A stretch of DNA of 54,406 nt from a virus (Duplodnaviria > Caudoviricetes), in the IMG/VR virus record IMGVR_UViG_3300010373_001372, positions 1-54,406 of that record; one strand, given 5' to 3'. The position numbers and the translations under genes were made by a program. The first letter of the stretch is position 1, and each line of letters begins with the position of its first letter. The notes under the pieces were generated by a model, which ran no database searches, was not told the origin of the DNA, and saw nothing but the letters and a program-made list of their open reading frames with translations. Shown here piece after piece: positions 16,560 to 26,803 of this stretch.

Positions 16560-17806
16560 ACCTGTCGCCGGAAGTTGAGGCGCTCAAGAACAAGGCCCTG
16601 CAGACCTCTACTGTGCAGTGGGCGAAAGAGCGGGGCTGGCCGCTTCGGCAGGTAGGTAACGAACTGATCGGGCCGTGTCCAAAGGCGGGGTGCGGTGGCC
16701 GCGATCGCTTCGGCATAAACATGACGACCGGCACATGGAATTGCCGGGTTTGCGGCGTCGGCGGCGACGTCATTTTCCTCGTGCAGCATGTCGAGGGATT
16801 GGCCTTCGTTGCTGCCCTCGAACGGATCACCGGTCAGAGCGCGGCGGTGCCCATCGATCCGGTCGAGGCGGAGAAAACGCGCCTCAAGAACGAAGAACAT
16901 CAGCGCCAGCAGGATGAGATCGCGGATCGCAAACGCGAGGAAGCTCGGCGAGCGGGATGGGACATTCTCTGCAGAGCCGGCGCTACCGACTGGTGGTGGA
17001 ATAGTCCCGTCGGTCAATACCTGGCGCTGCGCGGCATGCCGGCCGATCGCTGGGGTAATGCGCTGATCCTCAAGTCGGTGCGCCTCTTCGTTATCCCCGA
17101 GCATCCTTATGTCGAGAAGGTCGGCAACCGATGGGTGGAGTTGCACCGAGGCCCGGCGATGATCGCGGCTGTGCGACGGCCGGATAGCGACGGGCCTTTT
17201 GCGACGCCATACGACGCGTTTGGCGCCGTTCATCAGACGTGGATCGACCTCCGACAGCCCAAGGGCAAGCTGGTGCTGCCGCCTGCCGAGGATGGCAAGG
17301 AATACCCATCCAAGAAAGTCAGAGGCAGCAAGAAGGGTGGCGCCATAAGGCTCTACACGCCCGATGATGCGCGCCGCATCGTCATGGGCGAGGGCATCGA
17401 GACGACGCTCACCGCGCTCGTGCACGCCTTCGATCATGGCACCGCGTATTGGGCTGGCGTCGACCTCGGCAACATGGCCGGCAAGGCCCTGCGAGGGCCG
17501 ACAGGCGGTCTCGTGCATGACCAGCCTGACATGGATGACCTCGACTGCTTCCTGCCGCCCGACTGGTGCGAGGAGCTGGTCTATCTCTGCGACGGTGATG
17601 AGGCTGAAAAGCACACAATCGAGAAGGTGACGCGCGGGTTGCGGAGGGCGCAGCGCTATCGCGCCATGCAGCGCGCCGAGCGGCCGGAATTGCCGCCGCT
17701 GTCGATCAAGATGGTGCCGCCGGCCGGGCCTAACACCGATTTGAATTCTATCGCCATGGCCGAAGCGGCGGCCGTGGCGGACGACAAGGAAACGACAGAC
17801 GCATGA
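16556..17806 (+). CDS. Primase (zinc-binding domain plus Toprim-like)
   Basis: GPCP..CGGRDRF..WNCRVC; GEGIET; DGD. Confidence 0.85.
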   Translation: MNLSPEVEALKNKALQTSTVQWAKERGWPLRQVGNELIGPCPKAGCGGRDRFGINMTTGTWNCRVCGVGGDVIFLVQHVEGLAFVAALERITGQSAAVPIDPVEAEKTRLKNEEHQRQQDEIADRKREEARRAGWDILCRAGATDWWWNSPVGQYLALRGMPADRWGNALILKSVRLFVIPEHPYVEKVGNRWVELHRGPAMIAAVRRPDSDGPFATPYDAFGAVHQTWIDLRQPKGKLVLPPAEDGKEYPSKKVRGSKKGGAIRLYTPDDARRIVMGEGIETTLTALVHAFDHGTAYWAGVDLGNMAGKALRGPTGGLVHDQPDMDDLDCFLPPDWCEELVYLCDGDEAEKHTIEKVTRGLRRAQRYRAMQRAERPELPPLSIKMVPPAGPNTDLNSIAMAEAAAVADDKETTDA

Positions 17807-19683
17807 ACAGGGGCAGCAGGGGGGTGCGCGACGCCATGGCCAAGGCCACGGCGGTGGAGGACGTGCCATTCGATCCATCCAAGGTTGCCGGCGCCAAGCC
17901 ACGCCGCCGGCGTAAAGCTGCCGAAAGCGAAACCCCGCCACCCCATGGGAGCGATGAGGTCCGCCCCGACGACGGCATTCCCGATCTCGAAAAGCTGACG
18001 CCGGCGCAGTGGAAGATTCTCGAGGGTTGCGCGCGCTACGATGAGAACGACGTTGGCAATGCCAACAGGCTCCTCGACTGGTTCGGCGATCGCGTGCTCA
18101 ACGTGCAGGAGGCGGGCTGGCACGGCTGGACCGGCACGCATTGGGACGTCGAGACGGGGCAATATGCGGTCGAGCGGTTCGCCCAGCTCGTGAGCCCTCT
18201 GATCAAGCGCGAGGCGGCGCTGATCGAGGCGGACCCGGATGAACTGCTGGCGATCGAGGAGGCGCTGAAGCTCAAGGATATGTTCCCCGACGCGCGCAAG
18301 CGGCCGGTGGTGGCTGAGATCATCCGCATCGTCGATGGCGTCGAGACGTCGGTTGAGGTCGAGGTCAAGGATGCCATCAAGCGCGGTGAGCAGATCGCCA
18401 AGGGCGTCGCCAGCCGGCGCGCCGGCCGCTTCCAGTTCGGCATCAAGACAGGCGATCGCGCCCGTACCAGGGCGATGATCGACCAGGCGGAGCCGCACCG
18501 CTCGGAACTGCCGCGGATCATGGATTCCGACGATTTCGCGCTCAACACGATGTCGGGCACGTTGCGGTTTGCGCGCCAGCCTGACCCCGATTGTCCCGAT
18601 CCTGATACGACGCGCTACATCGTGACACGACGGCTCGATCCGCACGACCCGGCTGACCTCATCACCAAGGTGACGGCCGCCAGCTATATTCCGAAGGCGA
18701 CCGCGCCGAATTTCCTGCGCGACCTTAAGCGCTTCATGCCCGAAGCCGACACACGCGAGTTCCTGCAGGTGTTCATCGGCTACTGCGCGCTCGGGGTCAC
18801 AGGCGAGCAGGTCTACGCCTTCTTTTACGGCGACGGGCAGAACTGGAAATCCATGTTCACCCAGACGATCGGCAAGGTCTTCGGCATCTATGCCAAGCCG
18901 ATGATGTACTCCTCGATCTCAGGACAGAACACGCCATCTGGCGACAAGCCAAGCCCCGACTGGGCGCGTTTGCCCGGCGTGCGCTACCTGACCATCGAAG
19001 AGGTACCCCGCGCCGAACCGCTCAAGGAAGAGCTGATCAAGATGGTGACTTCCGGCTCCGATATGCCGGTCCGCCACCTCAACAAAGGCCTGTTCGACAT
19101 GGCGCCGAAATTCACGGCGATCATGATCTCGAACGCCGAACCGAACATCAAAGGTGCCGATACCGGCATCTGGCGGCGCACGCTCATCGTTCATTGGGAA
19201 GAGAAGGTGCCCGACGCCGAGAAGCGGCCGTTTGACCAGGTGCTGGCCATGTACGTGGCCGAGCGTGAAGGGATCCTCAACTGGATCGTTGAGGGCATCG
19301 AAAAGTATCTGGCGCACGGTCTGCAGCCGTTCGTCACCGACAAGATGCGAGCCTTCACCGAGAGCGTCAGGCGCGATCGTGACGCGGTCGGTGCCTATGT
19401 CGATGACTGTGTGCGCCCTTCGGCCGTCGACGGGCACTTCGTGACCTCACGGCGGCTCTATCAGGGTTTTAAGAGCTGGTGCGCGGCGAACGGTATCGAT
19501 CCGATGCCGTCTGAGACGTCGTTCGGGCTCAAGATCAAGCGCGTGCCCGTCGAGGGCGTGCCGATGGAGAAGCGCAAGCGCAGCCTGCATGGCGTGAAGA
19601 TATTCATGGACATCGAGCTTCACGATGTTCCCGATGATGACCAGCCGCCTTCCTATCGTGGTCCCGCACCCCCTGATGAGTAG
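17803..19683 (+). CDS. D5/P4-family SF3 replicative helicase
   Basis: NDVGNANRL, GDGQNWKS (Walker A variant), SNAEP, GIWRR, C-terminal winged helix. Confidence 0.88.
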   Translation: MNRGSRGVRDAMAKATAVEDVPFDPSKVAGAKPRRRRKAAESETPPPHGSDEVRPDDGIPDLEKLTPAQWKILEGCARYDENDVGNANRLLDWFGDRVLNVQEAGWHGWTGTHWDVETGQYAVERFAQLVSPLIKREAALIEADPDELLAIEEALKLKDMFPDARKRPVVAEIIRIVDGVETSVEVEVKDAIKRGEQIAKGVASRRAGRFQFGIKTGDRARTRAMIDQAEPHRSELPRIMDSDDFALNTMSGTLRFARQPDPDCPDPDTTRYIVTRRLDPHDPADLITKVTAASYIPKATAPNFLRDLKRFMPEADTREFLQVFIGYCALGVTGEQVYAFFYGDGQNWKSMFTQTIGKVFGIYAKPMMYSSISGQNTPSGDKPSPDWARLPGVRYLTIEEVPRAEPLKEELIKMVTSGSDMPVRHLNKGLFDMAPKFTAIMISNAEPNIKGADTGIWRRTLIVHWEEKVPDAEKRPFDQVLAMYVAEREGILNWIVEGIEKYLAHGLQPFVTDKMRAFTESVRRDRDAVGAYVDDCVRPSAVDGHFVTSRRLYQGFKSWCAANGIDPMPSETSFGLKIKRVPVEGVPMEKRKRSLHGVKIFMDIELHDVPDDDQPPSYRGPAPPDE

Positions 19684-19927
19684 TGGTTTCGTGGCCAAAA
19701 CCCGCACCCAAAGGTGCGGGTCAGTAGCTGGTCTGGGTGAGAGTTGACAGGCGAAATGCTGAGTAAAAACAACGAACGGGTGCGGGTGGTGCGGGTTTGT
19801 CGCGCGCGACGGACGTCATGTGGGGAACGGGGTGGCGAACGATGATGACTGCGACCAATGTGCGATGCGCGTCGCAAACTATCACCACCCTCTTTTCACC
19901 TAGTGGCACCTGACTTTTACCCGCACC
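19663..19927. repeat. Six (A)CCCGCACC iteron-like repeats, putative replication origin
   Basis: + copies at 19663, 19700, 19919; - copies at 19713, 19779, 19788; in the gap after the helicase. Confidence 0.6.
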
Positions 19928-19979
19928 TAACCCTCACCAAACCATCACCCGACTATCACCTGATCTGAATAGAGGAAAA

Positions 19980-20609
19980 ATGAGCCAGCTAGAACGCAAG
20001 CCAGCAGCGGCAAGAGAGCAGCGCGATATCGAGTGGCTCGTAAACTGGGCCTTGGAAAAGCAGGGGCTCGGCTATGACGATAGTGCTGGGGCTGTTTCGA
20101 GCGGCGGCGGTTGGCAGGCGCTTGGAACACGGATCGATGGTGGTGGGTTCGGTGGAATGGGCGCATCGCAACAATTGCCGCACGCCGATGCGATGATCAT
20201 CGTTGAGGCACTGAACTCGATGAGGCGCGATAGCCGTGTAGCCAAGGCTGCCGACCTCGTTGCCGTCTATGGTCGAGCTGGCATTCAGCCGGATTGGGGC
20301 AAGGATGGTAGCGGACGATGGCAGCTCGTGCGCAAGAACAAGGCTGGCCGCTCGATTGCGGTAAAGCGTTTCGCCGACCAGACGCGCCGTCGCGGCCTGC
20401 TCGGCTTCGAATGGGAATGGGTTGGTCATCAGCCTGAGACGCTAGACCTGATGATGATCGAGTGGTCAGCATGGCATACAGCGCTCATCGAACTGCGCAA
20501 CCTCATCAACCAGAAGATGACGACATACAACGCTGTCGGGCCAGTCGCACCGGATAGCCCATGGGATGTGGGTCATGTCGCCGATGATGTGGATGCGACC
20601 GCAGCCTGA
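19980..20609 (+). CDS. Hypothetical protein in the late-regulator position
   Basis: 209 aa, GAGG RBS; last gene before cos. Confidence 0.7.
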   Translation: MSQLERKPAAAREQRDIEWLVNWALEKQGLGYDDSAGAVSSGGGWQALGTRIDGGGFGGMGASQQLPHADAMIIVEALNSMRRDSRVAKAADLVAVYGRAGIQPDWGKDGSGRWQLVRKNKAGRSIAVKRFADQTRRRGLLGFEWEWVGHQPETLDLMMIEWSAWHTALIELRNLINQKMTTYNAVGPVAPDSPWDVGHVADDVDATAA

Positions 20610-20744
20610 TGATGATGGGCCTTGCGGTTGGAGAAAAAATTTGACAGTACTTGGGACAACGAATTGGGAATCACGAGCGCGCTGCCGGCAACGGTGGCGC
20701 GCTTCGTATTTGGGCCGATGGTCCCGAGCGCTGATGCCCGACGC

Positions 20745-20766
20745 CAACCTGCAAATTTGCACGTTG
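20745..20766. repeat. Palindrome copy 2 (CAACCTGCAAATTTGCACGTTG)
   Basis: Matches CAANNTGCAAATTTGCANNTTG; 22 nt before the cosQ-like site. Confidence 0.7.
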
Positions 20767-20788
20767 CACAACCCCGCAATGGGTCAAC

Positions 20789-20915
20789 GGGTCCTTCCCA
20801 GCCCTCAAAACGTATGCGGGACGTCAAAGCGCATGTGCTTTGTAGTTTGGCCATTTTCGCACAGGGTTGACGGGGTTGACGGACGTGCTCGCGGCGGTTG
20901 ACGGCCAGTTGACGG
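20789..20915 (+). other. Putative cos packaging region
   Basis: GGGTCCT (identical to lambda cosQ) at 20789-20795; four GTTGACGG repeats at 20866, 20875, 20897, 20908. Confidence 0.55.
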
Positions 20916-21541
20916 AGAGCCTCGTCTGGGTCTCGCTGTCCGAGGCGGCGCAGCGCCAGCAGCCGCCGATCTCGAAGCAGGCGATCCACAAGCGAGTGAC
21001 CAGGCTGGTGGCCGCCGGCCGGCTCTCGACCAAGCCCGGACCGCGCGGTACCGTGCTAGTGAACATTGTCGCGCTCAATCGGGCGATCGCCGAGGAGACG
21101 GACCCGGCGCAGGACCTGCGTAACAACCGAGCCCCGGCACCGGTCGCCGATGACCTCGATATCGGCGATGACGAGCATGACGCTGGCGAGGCGACTGATC
21201 GCAGTGCGCCTCAGGGCAAAGCGAACTACCACCGGTCCCGCGCCGAGCGCGAAGCCTACCAAGCGGAGAATGCCCGCCTCGATCTCGACGAGCGCCTCGA
21301 CCGCCTGGCCGACAAGGATGACGTCGAGCGCCGCACGATGACGGCGTTTCGCCGCGTCCGTGACCGCCTCCTGGCCTTCCCTGCTACGGTCGCCGAAAAG
21401 GTCACGGTGGCACCCGACGCTCGCGCCGTCCGCGCGATCCTGACCGACGAAATGCGCCGCATGCTCGACCAGCTCGCCGGCGAGCTTGACCACCTGGATG
21501 ATGATGGCGACGACCTCGACGCTTCCGGCGAGCCGAACTGA
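20867..21541 (+). CDS. Terminase small subunit (Nu1-like); start uncertain
   Basis: N-terminal HTH (ISKQAIHKRV), Y.RSRAEREAYQA coiled coil; directly upstream of TerL. Confidence 0.8.
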   Translation: MTGLTDVLAAVDGQLTESLVWVSLSEAAQRQQPPISKQAIHKRVTRLVAAGRLSTKPGPRGTVLVNIVALNRAIAEETDPAQDLRNNRAPAPVADDLDIGDDEHDAGEATDRSAPQGKANYHRSRAEREAYQAENARLDLDERLDRLADKDDVERRTMTAFRRVRDRLLAFPATVAEKVTVAPDARAVRAILTDEMRRMLDQLAGELDHLDDDGDDLDASGEPN

Positions 21542-23630
21542 GAGCGACCGTCGCATCCGCGCTAATGGCCGTGTCGTCTATCGTGGCGCTGCCAACGGCA
21601 TCCGGCCCGATCCTCAGGAGAAGGTCTCGAATTGGGCCGAGGCGTTTCGCATTGTGCCGGAGATCGGCGCTGTGCCTGGCCCCTGGCGCAACGACGTCGG
21701 GCCGTATCTGATCGAGCCGATGGATGCACTCTCGCCGGACGATCCATGCGAGCACGTCGTCATCATCAAGCCGTCGCAGTCGGGCGGTTCGGCGGTTGGC
21801 GAAAACTGGCTGGGCTTCATCATGCACCGGGCACCGGGTCCGACGATGTATGTCGGCCCAACCGTCCAGGCGGCGATCGACTGGTACCAGGAGAAGCTCG
21901 AGCCGACGATCAACGCCACCCCGGTATTGTCGCCGGCGCGTGGTGGCACCGTGGCCCCGAAGCGGTCGCGGTCGGGCGAAGGCTCGACAACCAAGCGCGT
22001 GCGCTTCGCCGGCGGCTTCCTGCTCCTGTCAGGCGCCAACTCGGCGGCCACGCTCCGCCAGCACTCGATCCGCTACATGGTGCGGGACGATCGCTCGGCC
22101 TGGACCGACAATGCTGACGGTGAAGGTGATCCGAAGGATTTGAGCGACGCGCGCCTTAAGACGTTCCGTGTCTTCGGCCTCGCCAAGGTGCTCGACGTAT
22201 CCTCGCCGAAGCTGAAGGGCGCTGACATCGACGCCGACTACGAGCTCGGCGATAAGCGCCGCTACTACATGGCGTGCAAGCGCTGCGGCGATCTCACAGA
22301 TTTCGTCTGGGAAGATATCCAGAAGAGCGACGCGGCTCCGTTCCGTTGTCACCTCATTTGCCCCAGCTGCGGCATGGTACATTACGAGGGCGACAAGGCC
22401 GACATGATCTCGGTCGCGTCCGGTGCCTGCTGGATACCGACCGCTCCCGACGCCGATGGCGAGGTCCCGCCAAAGACGATCGCGAGGGGCGATATCGACG
22501 CCTGGCGACACCGCCATACCGGTCGCTTCATTAAGAGCTACGCCATCACCGGCGAGTTCAACATCTTCGAGCGCTGGGACAACCTGGCGCAGCGCGAAAA
22601 AGACGCTGGCGATGACCCGGAGAAGCTGCAGCCGTTCCAGAACAGCGACCTCGGCCGTGGCTACGAACCGAAGGGCGAGGGGCCCGGATGGGAGTTGCTG
22701 GCTGCCCGCAAGAATAGCGAGTGGTCGCGCGGCACGATGCCCGCCGGCGTGCTCTACACCACGCTGACGGCGGACGTGCAGGCGGACGGGCTTTACTGGG
22801 CGATCCTCGGCTGGGGGCCGGGGAAACGCACCTGGCATATCGACCACGGATTCCTCGCTGGATCGACCGATGTCGCCTTCGAAGGGGCGTGGCCCAAGCT
22901 CGATCTCATTGCGGATCGGGGTATCAGCTTCGGCGGCATCCGCATTGCGCCCGACCTGATCGGCGTCGACAGCGGCTACAATGCCGAGGCGGTCTACAGT
23001 TGGGTGAAGCGCCGCCACAACGCTCTTGCCTTCAAGGGTATCGAGGGCTGGAGCAAACTACCGATCGGCCGCGCCGAGACACCAGAGGTCAGAAAGCACG
23101 GCACTTCGGCCGGCAAGGCGCGACGCCACGGCATGAAGGTCTGGCTGGTCGGTACGTACGGCCTCAAAGCGGCGCTGATGAACTTCCTCGCTCGGCTCCC
23201 CAAGGAGGGCGACGGCGGGCTGCCCACCGGCTACCAGCAGTTCCCCGGCGATACCGAGGAGGAGTATTTCCGCCACCTCGTCTCCGAGTTTGTCGCCACC
23301 GTCGAGGAAAAAGGTGAGATCAAGCGGGTGTGGCAGCGCAAGGGGCCGAACCACTGGCTCGACTGCAACATCTATGCGTGGGCGCTGACGTATTACGCCA
23401 ATCTCTGGGCGTGGACGGAAGCACAATGGGAAGACCGCGCACGAGAGTTGACGGAAATGGCGCGCGACGTGCAGCCGGATATTTTTGGCGGTCCGACGGG
23501 CTCCGTGGCGACGGCTCTTCCGGCAACGACAACGATTGAAGATACGGCCGCCGATGCCGCGCCGGCGAAACAGGTGCGAACCGGAAAATCGGATGATGGT
23601 CTCGATGCCTTAGCGCGGCTCAATCGTTGA
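21498..23630 (+). CDS. Terminase large subunit, lambda gpA family
   Basis: PGPWRN..PYL.EPMD, KPSQSGGS, SSP, CxxC..CxxC, ADVQ, VDSG, NHWLDC; start uncertain (21486-21504). Confidence 0.93.
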   Translation: MMMATTSTLPASRTESDRRIRANGRVVYRGAANGIRPDPQEKVSNWAEAFRIVPEIGAVPGPWRNDVGPYLIEPMDALSPDDPCEHVVIIKPSQSGGSAVGENWLGFIMHRAPGPTMYVGPTVQAAIDWYQEKLEPTINATPVLSPARGGTVAPKRSRSGEGSTTKRVRFAGGFLLLSGANSAATLRQHSIRYMVRDDRSAWTDNADGEGDPKDLSDARLKTFRVFGLAKVLDVSSPKLKGADIDADYELGDKRRYYMACKRCGDLTDFVWEDIQKSDAAPFRCHLICPSCGMVHYEGDKADMISVASGACWIPTAPDADGEVPPKTIARGDIDAWRHRHTGRFIKSYAITGEFNIFERWDNLAQREKDAGDDPEKLQPFQNSDLGRGYEPKGEGPGWELLAARKNSEWSRGTMPAGVLYTTLTADVQADGLYWAILGWGPGKRTWHIDHGFLAGSTDVAFEGAWPKLDLIADRGISFGGIRIAPDLIGVDSGYNAEAVYSWVKRRHNALAFKGIEGWSKLPIGRAETPEVRKHGTSAGKARRHGMKVWLVGTYGLKAALMNFLARLPKEGDGGLPTGYQQFPGDTEEEYFRHLVSEFVATVEEKGEIKRVWQRKGPNHWLDCNIYAWALTYYANLWAWTEAQWEDRARELTEMARDVQPDIFGGPTGSVATALPATTTIEDTAADAAPAKQVRTGKSDDGLDALARLNR

Positions 23631-23643
23631 GGGAAACCAACAC

Positions 23644-24531
23644 TCACCGGACTATGCTTTTTAAGAATTCCCACACGCGACGCTTCACTCGCTCGCTCCA
23701 GGTTTCGACCTTACGAAAACCTGATGACCATGACTTGTATTGATCAGCTGGAGGTATCAAGCCTGCACCCTCTGCCTTCGCCCAATCCACGGGGGGTGCC
23801 ATAGGTCCGACTGGCAACCGCAACTGCCGTCCGCGAGCATGCAGGCGCTTGTACCGCTCATAAATGTCCTCCAACGCAAAGCCACTGAAGGCGATGCAGT
23901 CATCGGTCTTGGAATAGATTGCTTCTACCGTTGATGAGTAGCGGCCGTCGAAAACACCACGCTCGTCCGGAGTTCCGAGGTAAGTTCGCGCATCTGCACC
24001 TCCGGGCGAGGTCCTGAACTCGTCTACCAGCTTGTTGCGAAAGGCTACTGCTTCTCGCAGTGTGTCGATGGAGCCTGATAAGGTTAGGACCGCTGCCTGA
24101 CCGCGGGAATTGAGCGTCATCTTCTCGAAGACGTGGCGTTCCAAGGTTTCTATAGGCGTTCGCGGCATTGTCAGCGTCTGCAGGTCCGCCTTTATCTCGT
24201 GAACAATTCGAGCCGCACCTGGCTTCTTCGCCTCGGCGACTGCCTGATCAAAAGCCTGTTTCTCGGCCACATACCGATTTCTTAGCGGTCTCACCAAGTC
24301 CTGCTTCATGTTCAAAAAAGTGTTTCGGATGGAGTAACTTAGGACCATGGAGGCGGTGGTGGCGTTCAGTTCCTTTCTAAGTTCGGAGCGCCGCTCCTTT
24401 TTGTTCATGACGGATTGAACTGCCCAAGCACCTCCTCCGGCTGCGACCAACGTCGCTAGCAGCAATACGATGTTGTCCGCCGAAAGTAGCTTAGTCAGCG
24501 CGTCGGCAATCGGCTTGGCGTCGAATGACAT
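23644..24531 (-). CDS. Antisense moron, N-terminally membrane-anchored protein of unknown function
   Basis: 295 aa; IVLLLATLVAAGGGAWAV TM segment; more A/T-rich codons; inserted between terL and gpW. Confidence 0.8.
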   Translation of the reverse strand: MSFDAKPIADALTKLLSADNIVLLLATLVAAGGGAWAVQSVMNKKERRSELRKELNATTASMVLSYSIRNTFLNMKQDLVRPLRNRYVAEKQAFDQAVAEAKKPGAARIVHEIKADLQTLTMPRTPIETLERHVFEKMTLNSRGQAAVLTLSGSIDTLREAVAFRNKLVDEFRTSPGGADARTYLGTPDERGVFDGRYSSTVEAIYSKTDDCIAFSGFALEDIYERYKRLHARGRQLRLPVGPMAPPVDWAKAEGAGLIPPADQYKSWSSGFRKVETWSERVKRRVWEFLKSIVR

Positions 24532-24600
24532 TGCACGGCCCCCTTCGTTTTCGAACAATGTCGCCTTGAACTGGCAAATTCAACTTGGAATGGACCAACG

Positions 24601-24846
24601 ATGGCCGACTTGACCCTCGACGAGATCAACTCGGCGATCGATAGCCTGCGCTCGGCCAAAATGGCGCGTCTGACGGGCGGCGCGGTTGTGCGGACTCAGT
24701 ACCAGAGCGGGTCCGCGCAAAAGGAAATGGCGACCTTCGCGGATATCGATGCCGAAATCGCACGGCTTGAGGTGTTGCGGTCGAGGCTGACCGGCTTGCC
24801 GACCGGCAATGGGCCGATCCGTATCGGCTTTGGGAGACGGATTTGA
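24601..24846 (+). CDS. gpW-like head-tail joining protein
   Basis: 81 aa, helix-hairpin-helix pattern, immediately before the portal. Confidence 0.75.
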   Translation: MADLTLDEINSAIDSLRSAKMARLTGGAVVRTQYQSGSAQKEMATFADIDAEIARLEVLRSRLTGLPTGNGPIRIGFGRRI

Positions 24847-26486
24847 GTGCTTTGAAGCCCCGCGTGCGTGTTGCCGCCGGCGACGCGACCGGCCGTACCG
24901 CACGGCCAGTTGCCGAAGGTGGCATCCGCCGCACTAGCTACAATGCGGCAGATCTCGGCCATCCGTCCCTGCAGGGCTGGATGCCGCCCATCCAGTCCGC
25001 CGATGCCGAGTGGCTCCGTGACCGTCCGGTTTCGATCGCACGCATCCGTGACGTCATCCGCAACGAAGGCTGGGCCAAATCCGGCGTCGATCGCAAGGTC
25101 GATATGCTGGTCGGCGGCTCGCTGCGGCTCAACGCCAAGCCCGATCCGGTTGGCTTGGGCATTTCGCCTGCCGCGGCGCACACGCTCGGTCGCCAAATCC
25201 AGTCGAAATGGTTCGATTGGGCTGAAGACCCGATCTTCCGGTGCGATGCCGAGCGGCAGTTGCCGTTTGCCGGGCTCGCCGGGCTCATTACCCGCGAGTT
25301 TGTCGGCATCGGCGAGGGCCTTGGCGTGCTTCGCTGGATCGATAGGTCCGGCTGGGACTATCGCACGGCCGTCCAGATCATCGATCCCGACCGCCTGAGC
25401 AATCCGATGGGTATGCCGGACAGCGACACGCTGCGTGGCGGGGTCGAAAAGGACCAGAACAACGCGCCGATCGGCTATCACATCCGCCGCGGTCATCCCG
25501 CCGACGTTTTCAGCATGAAAACATCGTCCTTCCAGTGGGATTACATCCCCCGCTGGGATGCCATTGGTGCCTGGGAGCGGCCGAAGGTCGTTCACGTCTA
25601 TGACAAGCATCGGCCAGGCCAGTCACGCGGCATTTCCGACTTCGTCGCGTCTCTGACCAAGCTTCGCATGCTGTCGCGCTACTCGGAATCAGAGGTGCGC
25701 ACAGCAGCGATCAACGCCACGATCGTCGGGGCGATCTATACCCAGATGGGAGCCGAATACGCCGCCGACCGCCTCGGCAGCGACGCTCCCAGCGACGTCG
25801 ACTGGGGCGAATTCAACACGTCGCGCGCTGAGTTCTACGGCAAGCGCAATGTCATGGACGATGCGCGCTTTCTGACGCTGTTTCCGTCGGACCGGCTCGA
25901 CCTCAACACCACGCCGCGCCAGACGGCAGGCTACCCGGCGTTCCAGACGTCGTTTTTGCAGGCCTTCGCCGCCTCCCTCGGCATTTCCTACGAGCAGTTG
26001 TCGATGGATTGGTCGAAGACCAACTATTCGTCGGCACGCGCCGCGCTCAATGAGGTCTGGCGCGGGGTGATGCGCCTCCGCGCCATCCTGATCTGGGGTT
26101 TTGCCGTCCCGGTCTTCGCGGCATGGCTCGAGGATGCCCTCGACGCCGGCACGGTCGAGGTGCCGAAGGGCTGCGCCGACTTTTATGATGCGCCAGCCGC
26201 CTGGCTTAACGCCGACTGGATCGGTCCGGCGCGCGGCTTCATAGATCCGGTCAAGGAAGCGCAGGCTTCCTCACTGCGGATCGATGGCCGCATTTCGACG
26301 CTCGAGCGCGAAGCTGCCGAGCAGGGTCAGGATTGGGAAGAGATCATCGCGCAGCTCGCCCGTGAACGTGCCGCCATGGAAGCCGCCGGCATTCCGGGCG
26401 TCGTCACCGATACCAAGATCGTCGCCCCGACCGACGCCCAGCAGCAGCCGGGTGGCGAACAGGGTAGAACTGGCGCTGAGAACTAG
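24843..26486 (+). CDS. Portal protein, lambda family
   Basis: RPGQSRG, LGISYEQLSMDWSKTNYSSARA, IDPVKE. Confidence 0.95.
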   Translation: MSALKPRVRVAAGDATGRTARPVAEGGIRRTSYNAADLGHPSLQGWMPPIQSADAEWLRDRPVSIARIRDVIRNEGWAKSGVDRKVDMLVGGSLRLNAKPDPVGLGISPAAAHTLGRQIQSKWFDWAEDPIFRCDAERQLPFAGLAGLITREFVGIGEGLGVLRWIDRSGWDYRTAVQIIDPDRLSNPMGMPDSDTLRGGVEKDQNNAPIGYHIRRGHPADVFSMKTSSFQWDYIPRWDAIGAWERPKVVHVYDKHRPGQSRGISDFVASLTKLRMLSRYSESEVRTAAINATIVGAIYTQMGAEYAADRLGSDAPSDVDWGEFNTSRAEFYGKRNVMDDARFLTLFPSDRLDLNTTPRQTAGYPAFQTSFLQAFAASLGISYEQLSMDWSKTNYSSARAALNEVWRGVMRLRAILIWGFAVPVFAAWLEDALDAGTVEVPKGCADFYDAPAAWLNADWIGPARGFIDPVKEAQASSLRIDGRISTLEREAAEQGQDWEEIIAQLARERAAMEAAGIPGVVTDTKIVAPTDAQQQPGGEQGRTGAEN

Positions 26487-26803
26487 GTGTGGTCAAACCA
26501 CGACAAGCCAACGCTTGCAGCCAGCGCGATGACGGCGAACGTTGCTCTTGCGATGTGCCAGAAACGGCTGGCGTTCGCGCGGTTCTGAAAATCGAGTAGC
26601 TCTGCCTCGGTGTTGCTCTTCTCTTCGGTCGCGGCGATCGCGTCAGACCACCTCACAAGGCTCGCCCACCCTAACTTTATGATCATGCCGCTTAGGAGCT
26701 TGGCCTGATCTTCTTGCTCCTTCAGCGCTGCCCATTGTTCCCATATCAGCGCTACGACGCCGAGAATGCCAGCGATGCCGGACCAGATATGCAAAATCGG
26801 CAT
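26483..26803 (-). CDS. Antisense moron, small two-TM protein
   Basis: 106 aa with hydrophobic N- and C-terminal helices; stop shares CTAG with the portal stop. Confidence 0.6.
   Translation of the reverse strand: MPILHIWSGIAGILGVVALIWEQWAALKEQEDQAKLLSGMIIKLGWASLVRWSDAIAATEEKSNTEAELLDFQNRANASRFWHIARATFAVIALAASVGLSWFDHT

Noticed and set aside
16541-18645. Long antisense ORFs over the primase and helicase
   Set aside because: Shadow frames without RBS or domain signal
20866-20915. GTTGACGG and CCCGCACC repeats as a CRISPR array
   Set aside because: Units are 8-9 bp with irregular spacing, and there are no cas genes
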